From a virus: a stretch of DNA of 64,000 nt. The stretch covers positions 21,792 to 85,791 of the IMG/VR virus record IMGVR_UViG_3300043419_002186; one strand, 5' to 3'. Shown piece by piece: positions 45,938 to 55,600 of this stretch. The notes beneath the pieces are model-generated. The model searched no databases. It saw only the letters and a list, made by a program, of their open reading frames with translations, and was not told where the DNA came from. Position 1 is the first letter of the stretch. The number at the start of each line of letters is the position of its first letter. Both the position numbers and the translations under genes were made by a program.

Positions 45938-48429
45938 TCGCCCCCGAGCTTCGCAAAGATGCTGTCGATGATGGCTTCCTCGTCGTCAGAGCCGCGGAGC
46001 TGGTCCGCGAAGCCGGTGACGCTGTCGTCCTTCGCCACGTCTTCGACGGCGGGGAGCTTCGTGAGCAGAATGTCCGCGACGTGCTCGTCCACCGAGCCCT
46101 CGGCAACGAGGTACTGGATGAGGACGGGGCGCTTCTGCCCATGTCGGCAGAATCGGCCTTCCCACTGGATGACCTGCCCCGGCGTGTAGGGAAGCATCGC
46201 GATGAGCGCGAGGTCCGTGTCCTGCAGGTTCACGCCCTCGCCCCACGCATCACCCGTGCCGACGAGAATCGCGGGGCCCGCCGCTGCCATGTACTGCTGC
46301 TGCATCCCGTCTCGAACGGTCGCGGGCGTTCCACCGTGTCCGACGAGAATGGTGGCCTCGCTGCCGAACTTCTCCGTGACCAGCTCGCCCAGCTTGTCAC
46401 AGTCTTCGCGGCGACCCGTGAAGATGACGACCTTCTGCTTGCAGTTCACGGCCTCCTCAACCAGCTCGATGAGGAACTTACGCTTCTTCGCGGCGGCTTC
46501 CATGAGCTTCGCTTCGAGCAGTGAGCCATGGCCTCCCTTCGCTGCCTTCTTCATCACAGCGGCGAAGCCAGTGGCAGCGTTTTGGTCCTTGCGGGTCACG
46601 TAGGTGACGAGGCGGCGACGAGGGGGCAGGTGCCTGTGCGTGACGCTGTGGGGCACCTGATGAGCCACGATGGAAGCACGGTCCCAAAGCTCATCGAGGT
46701 TCGAGGAGCCCGTGGTGTCGATGCCCCCGAAGTCGCCTCGGCGGGCAGCGCAGTAGCGCGTGGTGAACGAGGCGCGCTCCTCCTTGTAGAAGGGACCCCA
46801 AGCGTCAGGGTGGATGAGGTCGAGCTGTGCCCACAGGTCCCGCACGCGGTCCTTGATGGGAGTCGCAGTGGTCGCGAGCCTTCGCAGCGCCACGCGGGAG
46901 ATTTGGTAGGCCGCGTTCGCGATGTTGTCGAGGGGGTGAAACTTCACCCGCCCATCCTCCTGTGGGGTTGCTCCCCAACGCTTATGACTTTTACATTTGT
47001 GACTTTCGTCTAGTATCAGATTGACGGGCTTCCACTTGCGAATCGATTCGATGCACATCGGCAGCATCTCCCAGCCGATGACGACGAACATCTCCTCACG
47101 GTCGTCGAGGTCGATGGCGTCCTTCGTCTCCTCGATGACGAAGGCACGGTGCTCCGTGTAGCGCTCGACCTCGCGAGCGTAGTTCCGTCGAACCGCGGCC
47201 CGCGTCACGATGAGCGTCTTGCCGGGAGTGGCCAGTGACCAGCAGATGCCGCCGAGGGTCTTCCCACTATTGTGAACGACAATGCCGTTGGCGATGAAGT
47301 TGTTGTGTGGGTCTTCCATCGAAAGGTCGAACGTCTCAACCTCTCCCTGTGGCTCGATGCAGGTGATACGCGAGGCAGCAGCCTTCCCGGCAACGCGCAA
47401 CCAACCGCCGTCCCGTGCATGGAGCGCGTGGTGCTCCTCTTCCGTCAGGACGACGAGATTCTCCGGGTCGTTGTTCCGATGGTCACCATCAACATGGTGA
47501 ACGTGCTGGTCCCGAGACAGGAAGGTCAAGCCGTCCGTCTGCCCCATCACGATGCGGCCGATGAAGGTCGCGGGGTCGAGGCCGTTCAACCTAGCCTCTG
47601 CGATGAGCCTGTGGGTCGGCACGCGAGCAGTGCGCTTGATTCCCTTCGGACGGTCGCTTCGCTGCCATGAAGCACGGACAGCGTTCGGGTGGTTCCACAT
47701 GCCGTCCATCTGCTCGTACTGGGACTTGCGCTTTCGGGTGCTCGATTTCGTCGGCCACGTCTCAACCAGCACCTCGTCTCCGACGGACAGGTCAGAGAGC
47801 TTGAACCAGCCGTTGGGGGTGAGGAAACGGTGGTCGCCCGTGGCGCGAATCGATTCGCCCGAGGCTGTCCTGACTCCGAAGACGGGCTTCACCCCCGACG
47901 ACACGGCAGCGACGATGCGGTTCTTGATGAGCGCGCCAGTCGATTCATCGAGCGACTGCGTGTAGGTGGGCATCCGGGGGTCCCACGCCGTTGTCCGCAG
48001 TGCGCCGACCGTGGCACCTCCGTTGAACTTGTAGACGAGGTCTCGCAACGCCATGCGGCGAGCGCAGCCCCCTCGGTTGACGACAACCTCCGTGTCCCCC
48101 GCGAGGCACCCCGCGGCCCACCAAAAGTGGCCTGAGCGGTGGGCCATCGAGAGGATGCCCTCCGTCTGATAGGGGGTGAGGTAGGCGGGGACCCAGTCGC
48201 GAAGGCCCGCGGGGACCAGCTCCTCGATGCGGTTGAGCTTGTCGCCGTCGGGGCGGGAGAGGCCGTTGGTCCACCGAATGTTGTGGCGGACGAGCCTCTG
48301 CTCCACAAGCCATGCCGCGTTATCAGGCACGGTGAGATTCCGCTCGCGAAACACCACCCCGGGGATGGAGAGTACGTCCCGGTTGGCCTCGGGCGTGGAG
48401 TGAGACAGGTGATACCAGTACCAAGCCAT
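45934..48429 (-). CDS. SNF2-family SF2 helicase interrupted by an intein
   Basis: YQ, AG|SGKT, ILDESH, TATP, GEGVNLQ, QWEGRFCRHGQ. Confidence 0.92.
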   Translation of the reverse strand: MAWYWYHLSHSTPEANRDVLSIPGVVFRERNLTVPDNAAWLVEQRLVRHNIRWTNGLSRPDGDKLNRIEELVPAGLRDWVPAYLTPYQTEGILSMAHRSGHFWWAAGCLAGDTEVVVNRGGCARRMALRDLVYKFNGGATVGALRTTAWDPRMPTYTQSLDESTGALIKNRIVAAVSSGVKPVFGVRTASGESIRATGDHRFLTPNGWFKLSDLSVGDEVLVETWPTKSSTRKRKSQYEQMDGMWNHPNAVRASWQRSDRPKGIKRTARVPTHRLIAEARLNGLDPATFIGRIVMGQTDGLTFLSRDQHVHHVDGDHRNNDPENLVVLTEEEHHALHARDGGWLRVAGKAAASRITCIEPQGEVETFDLSMEDPHNNFIANGIVVHNSGKTLGGICWSLATPGKTLIVTRAAVRRNYAREVERYTEHRAFVIEETKDAIDLDDREEMFVVIGWEMLPMCIESIRKWKPVNLILDESHKCKSHKRWGATPQEDGRVKFHPLDNIANAAYQISRVALRRLATTATPIKDRVRDLWAQLDLIHPDAWGPFYKEERASFTTRYCAARRGDFGGIDTTGSSNLDELWDRASIVAHQVPHSVTHRHLPPRRRLVTYVTRKDQNAATGFAAVMKKAAKGGHGSLLEAKLMEAAAKKRKFLIELVEEAVNCKQKVVIFTGRREDCDKLGELVTEKFGSEATILVGHGGTPATVRDGMQQQYMAAAGPAILVGTGDAWGEGVNLQDTDLALIAMLPYTPGQVIQWEGRFCRHGQKRPVLIQYLVAEGSVDEHVADILLTKLPAVEDVAKDDSVTGFADQLRGSDDEEAIIDSIFAKLGGE
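47269..48108 (-). mobile_element. Intein (280 aa) with HNH homing endonuclease, inserted in helicase motif I
   Basis: Starts CLAGDT; block B ATGDHRFLT; HHVDGDHRNNDPENL; ends NFIANGIVVHN followed by Ser. Confidence 0.93.
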
Positions 48430-48569
48430 GTTGTTCTGTCCTTGGGGGAGGTCAGTCCCCGTCCTAGTGCGGAGGCGATGAGTAGCGCCCTTTTTGCCAC
48501 TTGTCAACGCCCTTTTTTCCGTGTACCTTGAGCCCCGGGTAGACCAACCCCCACCACCGCGGAGTTCCG

Positions 48570-49916
48570 ATGATTTCAGAGAGCGAAGTTTGGGCAGCAC
48601 TTCCCAAGAGCGGCTTTTTGCGCAGCTACGTCGAGTATGCGAGCCAGTGCACCGACGCCAACATCGCGTACCATCTCGCGAGCGGGCTGACGATGCTGAC
48701 GCAAGCGGTCCCGCTGGACTACTGCGTCCCCTACGCGAGCCCCTTGTGGGGAAACCTGTTCGCGCTCATCGTGGGCGACAGCTCGAAGAGCCGTAAGACC
48801 GCTGCCATCAACATCGCGCGCCGCATCATGCACGACGCGGTCCCCGGGAGCGTTGGCGAGGTCCCGGGCTCGCAGGAGGGCCTCTACGAATCGCTTCGCA
48901 GCCAGCAGCGGCAGGTCATCGTCTATGGCGAGTTCGGTGAGTTCCTCGCGAAGGCTGAAGAGGGCTATCTCATGGCCCTCAAGACCGCGTACACGAACCT
49001 GTGGGACGCGATTCCCATCGGGCGTGCTCTCGCGAACAGCCGCAAGGGGCCCGTGAACGACCCGCGTCTCTCGCTCCTGTGCGGCGTGGCAACGGACCTG
49101 CTGGAACGTCACACGGAACAGGCCGACTGGACGGGCGGCTTCCTCGCCCGCTTCCTGACGTTCTTCGGTGAGCCCGAGCGCGAGTTCGCGACGCCTCCCA
49201 TCGACGATGCTCAGAAGCGTCAGGCAATGACGCAGTGGCTCAAGCAGCTCGCGGCACCGTCCAATCCCCCCGGCCCTTGCCTGTGGCTCGATGCACAGGG
49301 GCAGCAGATGTGGAATGACTGGTACGAGGCGATGCGTCCCCAGCGCACGGGTGCCAACCGCCGTGTGGCCGCGGCGTGTAGCCGTGCGACGAGTAATGCA
49401 GCGAAGGTGGCTCTCCTGCTCGCGTGGGACATTGGCAACGCGCGTTCGGGGCAGCCTTGGTACGTGGGCGCTGCCGAGCTGGAGAGCGCGCTGAAGATTG
49501 CGGACCTGCACCTCAAGAGCGTCATCGAGCTGGGCGAGCGGGTCACGGGCAGCAGGGACATGCGTGACCGTGCCACGGTCCTTCGGCACATCAGCGACAT
49601 CCCGACGCCGCTTGGCTACGTCATCAAGCAGAGCGAGCTGCTCAAGCGCCGCGTGATGGAGCTTCTCGACACCCTCTCAGAGGAGAGGACCGTGATGCGC
49701 TCCACGGTCAATGGGGAGACCTGCTATCACCGCACGCCGCACCTGCAGCAGATGCTCGCGAACATGGTGAACAACCCGGGAATCGATTCGGGCGTTGCCG
49801 TGGGGCAGGTCATTCCCCTTCGTCCTCCCCAGCCCAGCGTGCCGCTCATTCCCCCGCAGCACGTGTTCGAGGACGTGGACGTGGACGACGAGGACTGGTC
49901 GAAGTTTGAAGGTTGA
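48570..49916 (+). CDS. DUF3987/YfjI-like replication-associated P-loop protein
   Basis: NLFALIVGDSSKSRKT, SQEGL, GEF, GFLARF. Confidence 0.75.
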   Translation: MISESEVWAALPKSGFLRSYVEYASQCTDANIAYHLASGLTMLTQAVPLDYCVPYASPLWGNLFALIVGDSSKSRKTAAINIARRIMHDAVPGSVGEVPGSQEGLYESLRSQQRQVIVYGEFGEFLAKAEEGYLMALKTAYTNLWDAIPIGRALANSRKGPVNDPRLSLLCGVATDLLERHTEQADWTGGFLARFLTFFGEPEREFATPPIDDAQKRQAMTQWLKQLAAPSNPPGPCLWLDAQGQQMWNDWYEAMRPQRTGANRRVAAACSRATSNAAKVALLLAWDIGNARSGQPWYVGAAELESALKIADLHLKSVIELGERVTGSRDMRDRATVLRHISDIPTPLGYVIKQSELLKRRVMELLDTLSEERTVMRSTVNGETCYHRTPHLQQMLANMVNNPGIDSGVAVGQVIPLRPPQPSVPLIPPQHVFEDVDVDDEDWSKFEG

Positions 49917-50029
49917 CCCTGCGGGTCAACGGTGTCTAGTGTCACGACGAGCGTGAGGGGCTAGACGAAAAAAAGAGGGCTGGGAGGGTAAGATCACCTC
50001 CCGGCCCCTATTTTTTGTGCCTTGTGCAG

Positions 50030-50257
50030 CTACTGCTTGTTGAACTTCATCGCAGCGCCCGCGACCAGCACGGCGACGAAGGCCATGCCACCGGCAATGG
50101 CCATGCGGGTCGGGGTCCTGCTCTCGGGGACCGTCGAGTAGTACTGCGAGATGGGAAGCTCGATGGCCGCGATGACCGCGGCCGAGGCGAGCGCGAGAGT
50201 GAAGAGGGACGGCCCGTCCTGTGGGTTGTCGTACGTTGCGCCCAGTCTCCGCATCAC
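50030..50257 (-). CDS. Small two-TM protein
   Basis: Two hydrophobic segments; RRLGA at N-terminus. Confidence 0.6.
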   Translation of the reverse strand: MMRRLGATYDNPQDGPSLFTLALASAAVIAAIELPISQYYSTVPESRTPTRMAIAGGMAFVAVLVAGAAMKFNKQ

Positions 50258-50448
50258 GGACTCCTTGGGGTTGCCTCGGCCTTCTTGCCGAGGAAGAAAA
50301 GAACCGCGAAGACAGCGGCGATGCTCCCGAGGAAGACCAGCTCCTGCTTCCCAGTGGCATGGGGCATGTCCAGCTCTTCGGGAGCACGGTCGCCGGGGCC
50401 CGCGGTCAGGATGTCAGCGGCAGCGAGTGCCTTGCGACGACGTGCCAT
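50254..50448 (-). CDS. Small TM protein
   Basis: LVFLGSIAAVFAVLFFLGKK. Confidence 0.6.
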   Translation of the reverse strand: MARRRKALAAADILTAGPGDRAPEELDMPHATGKQELVFLGSIAAVFAVLFFLGKKAEATPRSP

Positions 50449-50450
50449 GT

Positions 50451-50750
50451 TCAGCGCGCCTTCTTCGATGCGACGCTGCAAGCGGCAGCGACGTGCTTCT
50501 TGGCAGCGTACACAGCCTTCACGTCGGTCTGCTTCCCGAGGTGCAGTCGCTTCTTGCGCTTGCGGCGGATGGCGACGTCGTTGGCGAAGGCAGTGCCAGC
50601 GTGCAGAGCCGCGGCCATGAGGGCGTTGTACGCGGGGGTGCACTTGCCCTGCTTGGCGTACTTCATCGCCTCCTTCGAGAGCTGGTGCGCGTCCTTGGAC
50701 GCTGCCTTGAGTCGTTTGCGGTGAAGAGTCGCGCCTGAACCGAGAGCCAT
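50451..50750 (-). CDS. Basic Lys/Ala-rich protein
   Basis: GGAGG RBS; MALGSG...RRKRKKR. Confidence 0.65.
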   Translation of the reverse strand: MALGSGATLHRKRLKAASKDAHQLSKEAMKYAKQGKCTPAYNALMAAALHAGTAFANDVAIRRKRKKRLHLGKQTDVKAVYAAKKHVAAACSVASKKAR

Positions 50751-50791
50751 GTGTGACCTCCGAGGAAAGACCAAGTCTATCCCGTGCCGAG

Positions 50792-51220
50792 CTACTCGCC
50801 CAGCAGCCAGTAGCCAGCGGCCATGGACAGTGCACCCGCGAGGCTGAAGGCGAATCGATTCGCAGTCGCCTCTGTCGAGACAACGCCCACGGTGACGGAC
50901 GATGCCCCAAGGGCAGTGAGCAGGAAGCCCGCCCGTTGGGAGAGCTTGCTCTTCGGCTCAGGGGCCTTGGGAACGAAGGAAACACAGGCCTTCAGTGCAT
51001 CGGCCGCGTCACGGTGGCTTTGCTCAGAGGCCGTGAGGCGAATACGACACTCTTTCGCCTCAGATTCTGCAGTGACGACGGCAGAGGTCAGCTTCTTGAA
51101 GCCGTCCAAGGTGCAGGAGACCCTTGTCCGCTGGTCCGTGTAGACGCAGGGCTCCTCTGCAAGGGCAACGACCCCGAGCAGTATCCAAAGGACAAGGAGC
51201 AGCGGGATGAGCAGACGCAT
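50792..51220 (-). CDS. Membrane protein with signal peptide and coiled coil (possibly spanin-like)
   Basis: N-terminal signal, coiled coil, C-terminal TMs. Confidence 0.55.
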   Translation of the reverse strand: MRLLIPLLLVLWILLGVVALAEEPCVYTDQRTRVSCTLDGFKKLTSAVVTAESEAKECRIRLTASEQSHRDAADALKACVSFVPKAPEPKSKLSQRAGFLLTALGASSVTVGVVSTEATANRFAFSLAGALSMAAGYWLLGE

Positions 51221-51408
51221 CAGCGCTGACGCCAGCTATCCGCGCCGGGGAACGAGCGTGAGGGCATCGTGATGGTCCGAAGCACGGGCTCTCCGCATTC
51301 CCCTTCGGGCATCGGAAAGTCGCACTTCTCAGGAGCGTCGGAGAGGTCCAGCTTCACGGTGCAGTCGAAGTGGTGTCCCCGTTCGCAGCGGTACGAGTAG
51401 AGCGGCAT
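51220..51408 (-). CDS. FmdB-family zinc ribbon protein
   Basis: MPLYSYRCERGHHF...C...CG. Confidence 0.8.
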   Translation of the reverse strand: MPLYSYRCERGHHFDCTVKLDLSDAPEKCDFPMPEGECGEPVLRTITMPSRSFPGADSWRQR

Positions 51409-51419
51409 GGCACGTCCTT

Positions 51420-52286
51420 TCAGCGCAGCTTACACGCGGCAGTCACCGCGTTGAGCGGCTTCTTGAACTTCGCCTTCACGGCGGCGGTGGCTTGAACGAA
51501 CGAGGCGGCCAGTTCGTGCTTTCGCTTGCTGATGAACCAGTCGGTGATGCGGCCAGTCACGTCGGCGCAGTCCTCATCCGAGCCAGTGCACGCTTCCAGC
51601 ACTTCTTCGACACGGGCGAGGATTTCCTCGTTCGCCGACTTACCGTTCGGCGACCAGTAGGTCCGCGAGAAGGCCGTCAGCGCGGGGTCGAGCGAGTCAC
51701 CAAGCACGCGAGCGATGTTCGCGTCGCAGCTATACGGGGCCGCACCTTCGCGGTACTCGGTACGACGTGAGTCGGCGTGGAAGCGTTCATGGTGCCTGTT
51801 TGCACGCGCCTCTGCCGTCTTCAGCGCCTTGTCCCCGTACTTTCCCGATGTGCGGTAGACGCACACGGGGATGGGACCCGTGATTCCGTCCTTGCGAAGG
51901 CTGGCGATGTCCTTGCGAATCTCCGCTGCCGTCTGGGCGAAGATGTCCCCCGCCTTCGCCGTCGTCTTTGCGCCTCGGGAAGTGGTCTTCGCCTTCTTCT
52001 CTGCGACCTGTCGAAACCACTCGTTCGTCTCGGCAGTGGTCGTGTAGTTCGCACTCCTCGACTCCAGCCGCTTTGCCTTTGCGGCAGAGACAGCGGCTTT
52101 ATGTTCGAGGAAGGGGAGAAGCTCTTCGACGTCCCTCATGCAGAAGGCGATGGTCTTCTTCGCGTCGCGCCCCATCGAGTTGAAGATGGCCGCGGGGACG
52201 AAGTACTCGACCTTCTCACCTTCGATGGCACCGAGGCCTTTGCGGCTCCTTCGAGGACGGCTACGGAGCGGGGTCAGCTTCTTCAT
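51420..52286 (-). CDS. Basic protein with zincin-like HExxH motif
   Basis: HERFH followed by NEEILAR; N-terminal RKGLGA. Confidence 0.55.
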   Translation of the reverse strand: MKKLTPLRSRPRRSRKGLGAIEGEKVEYFVPAAIFNSMGRDAKKTIAFCMRDVEELLPFLEHKAAVSAAKAKRLESRSANYTTTAETNEWFRQVAEKKAKTTSRGAKTTAKAGDIFAQTAAEIRKDIASLRKDGITGPIPVCVYRTSGKYGDKALKTAEARANRHHERFHADSRRTEYREGAAPYSCDANIARVLGDSLDPALTAFSRTYWSPNGKSANEEILARVEEVLEACTGSDEDCADVTGRITDWFISKRKHELAASFVQATAAVKAKFKKPLNAVTAACKLR

Positions 52287-52419
52287 CTGCTCTCCAGTGC
52301 GTAGCCTTCGATGAACGGGAGCCCCTCTGCCGAGGCGCGTGTGCCGTGGAGCAACGTGAATGTCCCTCTCATCGTTGGGAGGGGGCCAAGTCCCGAATCG
52401 ATTCCGAAGAAGTCCCGCA

Positions 52420-53058
52420 TCACTTCTCCACGTAGCGCTTGATGCGCTTGTAGTAGTCGGGCCGCTCGCAGATGTGCGCTGCAGCAATCTTCGCTGTCTT
52501 CAGCACAGCGCCCTTCGTGACGTCCCTGTGCTCACGCTCAATCTCCATGCCTTCTCGAAGGGCTTCGGGCGTGATTCGACAGGCGCGGGTCTTGGCAGGG
52601 AGCTTCTTCAGCGCCCTTTTGGCAGTGGCCAGTGGGATGCGGCCCTTCTTCGGCAGACCGTCGAGGAACAGCACATCGTAGCCACGCACTTCGGGGCGGT
52701 ACTTGTCGGGAACGGCGCGGGGATTGAGCTTGCGCCATGCCCGGTCGGCCATCGAGGACCGCTGGTTGCCGTGGCTCTTCAGCCCCTTGCAGCCCATGTC
52801 CTTGAGGTGCTTGCGAAGGCGCAGGAGCATCTCCTGATACAGCTTCCGGCCACGGTAGCCCTCGATGATGGTGCCGCTCACGACTTCGCCGTGCGTCTCG
52901 TAGCCGGGGAGGTCGCAGCCCCGAGTGATGGCCCCGACAGCCCCGATGAGCATCTTGCCGTCGTAGACACGCAGGACGTGGCCGTCCTGCTTCTTCGTGA
53001 TGCGGTACTTGAACTTGTCGAGGTCCGCGTTCGACGTGAATGCTCCGAGCTTCTTCAT
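52420..53058 (-). CDS. GNAT acetyltransferase-like domain fused to a DUF5661-like domain
   Basis: EGYRGRKLY...RSSMADRAWRKL; GMEIEREH...KIAAAHICERPDYY. Confidence 0.7.
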   Translation of the reverse strand: MKKLGAFTSNADLDKFKYRITKKQDGHVLRVYDGKMLIGAVGAITRGCDLPGYETHGEVVSGTIIEGYRGRKLYQEMLLRLRKHLKDMGCKGLKSHGNQRSSMADRAWRKLNPRAVPDKYRPEVRGYDVLFLDGLPKKGRIPLATAKRALKKLPAKTRACRITPEALREGMEIEREHRDVTKGAVLKTAKIAAAHICERPDYYKRIKRYVEK

Positions 53059-53065
53059 TGGGACC

Positions 53066-53191
53066 TCACAGCGGCGGGATACCGGGAAGTGCCACTGCCG
53101 CGGCAATCAGGCTGTTCTTCGTGTAGTGGCGCACGGTGAAGAAGACGATGCCCGCCAGCAGACCGAATCCGACGAGCCTCTGCTTGTCCAT
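53066..53191 (-). CDS. 41-aa TM microprotein (absent from ORF track)
   Basis: GAGGA RBS; MDKQRLVGFGLLAGIVFF... Confidence 0.5.
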   Translation of the reverse strand: MDKQRLVGFGLLAGIVFFTVRHYTKNSLIAAAVALPGIPPL

Positions 53192-53451
53192 CAGTTCCTC
53201 TTGATGATGCTGTTCGCGAGGTCCACGGGGTCAGCTTCAAGGGCCGCTTGCCGCTCTACTCGAATCGATTCGAGCTGCGCCTGTACTGCGTCCAGCCGCT
53301 TCTCGCGCTCCATCTCCACTGCCTCAACGAGCTTCTCTGCCTCTGCACGCGCCTCCGACTTGCGCTTCGGGAGGAGGAACTCGCGCAGTGCCCAAAGGGC
53401 AGCGAGCAGTGGGGCAGCGAACATCAGGAGGTACTTCTTGAGGTTGCTCAT
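53191..53451 (-). CDS. Small TM + coiled-coil protein
   Basis: N-terminal TM, charged helix. Confidence 0.65.
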   Translation of the reverse strand: MSNLKKYLLMFAAPLLAALWALREFLLPKRKSEARAEAEKLVEAVEMEREKRLDAVQAQLESIRVERQAALEADPVDLANSIIKRN

Positions 53452-54254
53452 CGGCTCTTCCTCTTGGACTTGAGTTCATCGGCCTCTTCCAGCTCTTCGA
53501 GGCGCTCTTCTAACTCACGGTCGTCCGCTGCCAGCTTCACAAGGGCGTCCTGAATCTTGTCGAGCTTGTCCATCAGCTCCTGCAGACGGCTCTGCATGTC
53601 GCGGATGTTGAACGAGAGCGAGGTGACGCGCTCGTCCAGTGCGGCAACACGTGCGGCCAGTGCTTCACGTGCAGCGTCACAGGCCTTGTGCTGGTCCTCA
53701 TTGGACTTCTGCTGAAGGTCGAGTTCCTTCATCCGCTGTTCGTGCTCAAGCTCGTCCTTCTTGGCAGCGGCCTTCTGCTTGGACTGCAGGTACTTCCAAA
53801 TGGCACCCCCGCCGCCAGCGACAGCGATGAGGGCCATGACGATGCCATTGAGACCGCCGCCAGCGCCCTGCGCGACGCGAGCGAGGTCGTCAGCGGTCGG
53901 AGCCGCAGGGACGGCGACGGAAGCGCTCTGAGGGGCCGGAAGGGCCGTTGCCGGGGCTTCGGGAATCTGAGCAGCTTGAGCGGGCACGGGCGTCTCCTTC
54001 TTGGGTTGGACCCGCACTGTAGCCCGATGGTGCTTAGCCTTCCACTCGGGCGTGTCCCGGTGGTTGCACTTGTCGGCAGCGGGGTCGTCGGAGTCCGCGG
54101 GGTGCCCGTTCTCATCGACCAGCGAAACGTCCGACTTCCAACCGCGAAGGCCCGGTGGAAGACGGCATCCACCGGGCGGTTCGACCATGTCTCGGATGTT
54201 GGCGAGGCCGTTCTTGTCCAGTGGCCAGTTGCAGATGGGGCGGGCGTCTTCCAT
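53448..54254 (-). CDS. TM + coiled-coil protein
   Basis: Pro/Ala linker, TM IVMALIAVAGGGGAIW, long coiled coil. Confidence 0.7.
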   Translation of the reverse strand: MEDARPICNWPLDKNGLANIRDMVEPPGGCRLPPGLRGWKSDVSLVDENGHPADSDDPAADKCNHRDTPEWKAKHHRATVRVQPKKETPVPAQAAQIPEAPATALPAPQSASVAVPAAPTADDLARVAQGAGGGLNGIVMALIAVAGGGGAIWKYLQSKQKAAAKKDELEHEQRMKELDLQQKSNEDQHKACDAAREALAARVAALDERVTSLSFNIRDMQSRLQELMDKLDKIQDALVKLAADDRELEERLEELEEADELKSKRKSR

Positions 54255-54283
54255 GGGGGCAGCTCCTCCCCCTGCGAGCGAGC

Positions 54284-55189
54284 TTACCAGAACACGGGAC
54301 CGGGCTCCAAAAAGCCCGTTTGATTCCCGACTGTAGCACGCTCAAAGGTCTGCTGAATGACCTTGGTGGAATCTTCGCCAAGCCGTCCTGCGTGAAGAAG
54401 AGCCGCCAAGCTCGTCCAGTGCTGTTTCCAGTTCAGCCCCGCCGAGTCGTCTTTCCGAATGGATTCAAGATGCTTCTCGACGTTTCGCTTGAAGTTGACC
54501 CTGCGAAGATAGTCGGCACGCCTTCGCGTGAACTGGTCGTGGAAGTACACGAGCCGGTTCAGGAACGACTCTTCTTGACGTGCTTCACAAAGCTGCCTCC
54601 ATGAGATGCGGGTCAGGTCTTCAAGCATCTGCAAGAAAACTTTCTCGATGGAACCCTTGCTCATCACATCGGGGGCGCGGAGAATCTGCTTGAGCACCCA
54701 CTCGTCCCACGGCAAGGCCCTCTGACCCGTGATGAAGTCCACCCGACCCTGTCCCGTCAACCGGGCAAAGAGCGCAAGAACCTCGACAGCGTCCTGAATC
54801 GATTCGGGAACCTCTTCGGGTCTCAGTTGCGCCGCAGTCGAGAGGTTTGCCTTTCCTGCAATCTCTGCCACGTAGGGGTACATCGGATGCGGGAAGCGTG
54901 TCTGCGGCATGTGCGGCATGTCGGGAAGGTCCTCGATACCCTGCGTCTTCCCGAACTCTTGGAAGTGCGCCCACGCCGATCCAAGCATCCCTCGCATCGC
55001 GGGACTCAGACTGGCGCGGTAGAAGACGACCATCTGCGGGTTTCGCTGCTCTCGCTCATCAAGGTGCTTGAAGAACCGGCGCAGCGCCATGACGTAGCTG
55101 TGCGTGGCCTTCTCGCCCAAGCCCGCATTCTTCTGCAGGTACTCCCGGTATTCGGTGAGCGGAAACTGGGGGACGGTGGCTTCACTCAT
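54284..55189 (-). CDS. Protein with integrase N-terminal SAM-like domain, no catalytic motifs
   Basis: YREYL...GLGEKATHSYVMALRRFF; AAGGAGG RBS. Confidence 0.6.
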   Translation of the reverse strand: MSEATVPQFPLTEYREYLQKNAGLGEKATHSYVMALRRFFKHLDEREQRNPQMVVFYRASLSPAMRGMLGSAWAHFQEFGKTQGIEDLPDMPHMPQTRFPHPMYPYVAEIAGKANLSTAAQLRPEEVPESIQDAVEVLALFARLTGQGRVDFITGQRALPWDEWVLKQILRAPDVMSKGSIEKVFLQMLEDLTRISWRQLCEARQEESFLNRLVYFHDQFTRRRADYLRRVNFKRNVEKHLESIRKDDSAGLNWKQHWTSLAALLHAGRLGEDSTKVIQQTFERATVGNQTGFLEPGPVFW

Positions 55190-55564
55190 CGTTGCGGCCC
55201 TCCTTGGCCGTGGCGAGACCGTACCCGAGACCTGTAGGAAGTGTCAAGAGTGTAGTGAGTACCTGTAGTTCGCGAAACTCGGAGAGAGACCCCCCTGAAG
55301 ACCGCCCCGAAAGGAGGCCTAAAAGCCCCCTAAACACCCTTACACGTAGTACATGTTCTGTCATCAGGGTGCCATGGTAGTGTAAAGAGTAGAGAGAACT
55401 AGTAGAGGGGACTCCTATCACTTCAGCTACTCGTTCTTTTTTGCCCCCTCCTTCGAGCCCGAAACTGGGGGGGTCTCTCTCCCATTTTCACGCATTACAG
55501 GCACTCATGGCACTCTCTACAGATAACTCATGCCCACAGGCCCCTGTCCCCTGCCCCTGTGCGC

Positions 55565-55593
55565 TTGCAAGGGCACCCTCCCCTGTGCATTAT
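55565..55593 (+). promoter_or_regulatory. Sigma70-type promoter, probably giving a leaderless mRNA
   Basis: TTGCAA-N17-CATTAT, 7 nt before ATG 55601, no SD. Confidence 0.5.
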
Positions 55594-55600
55594 CGCTGCC

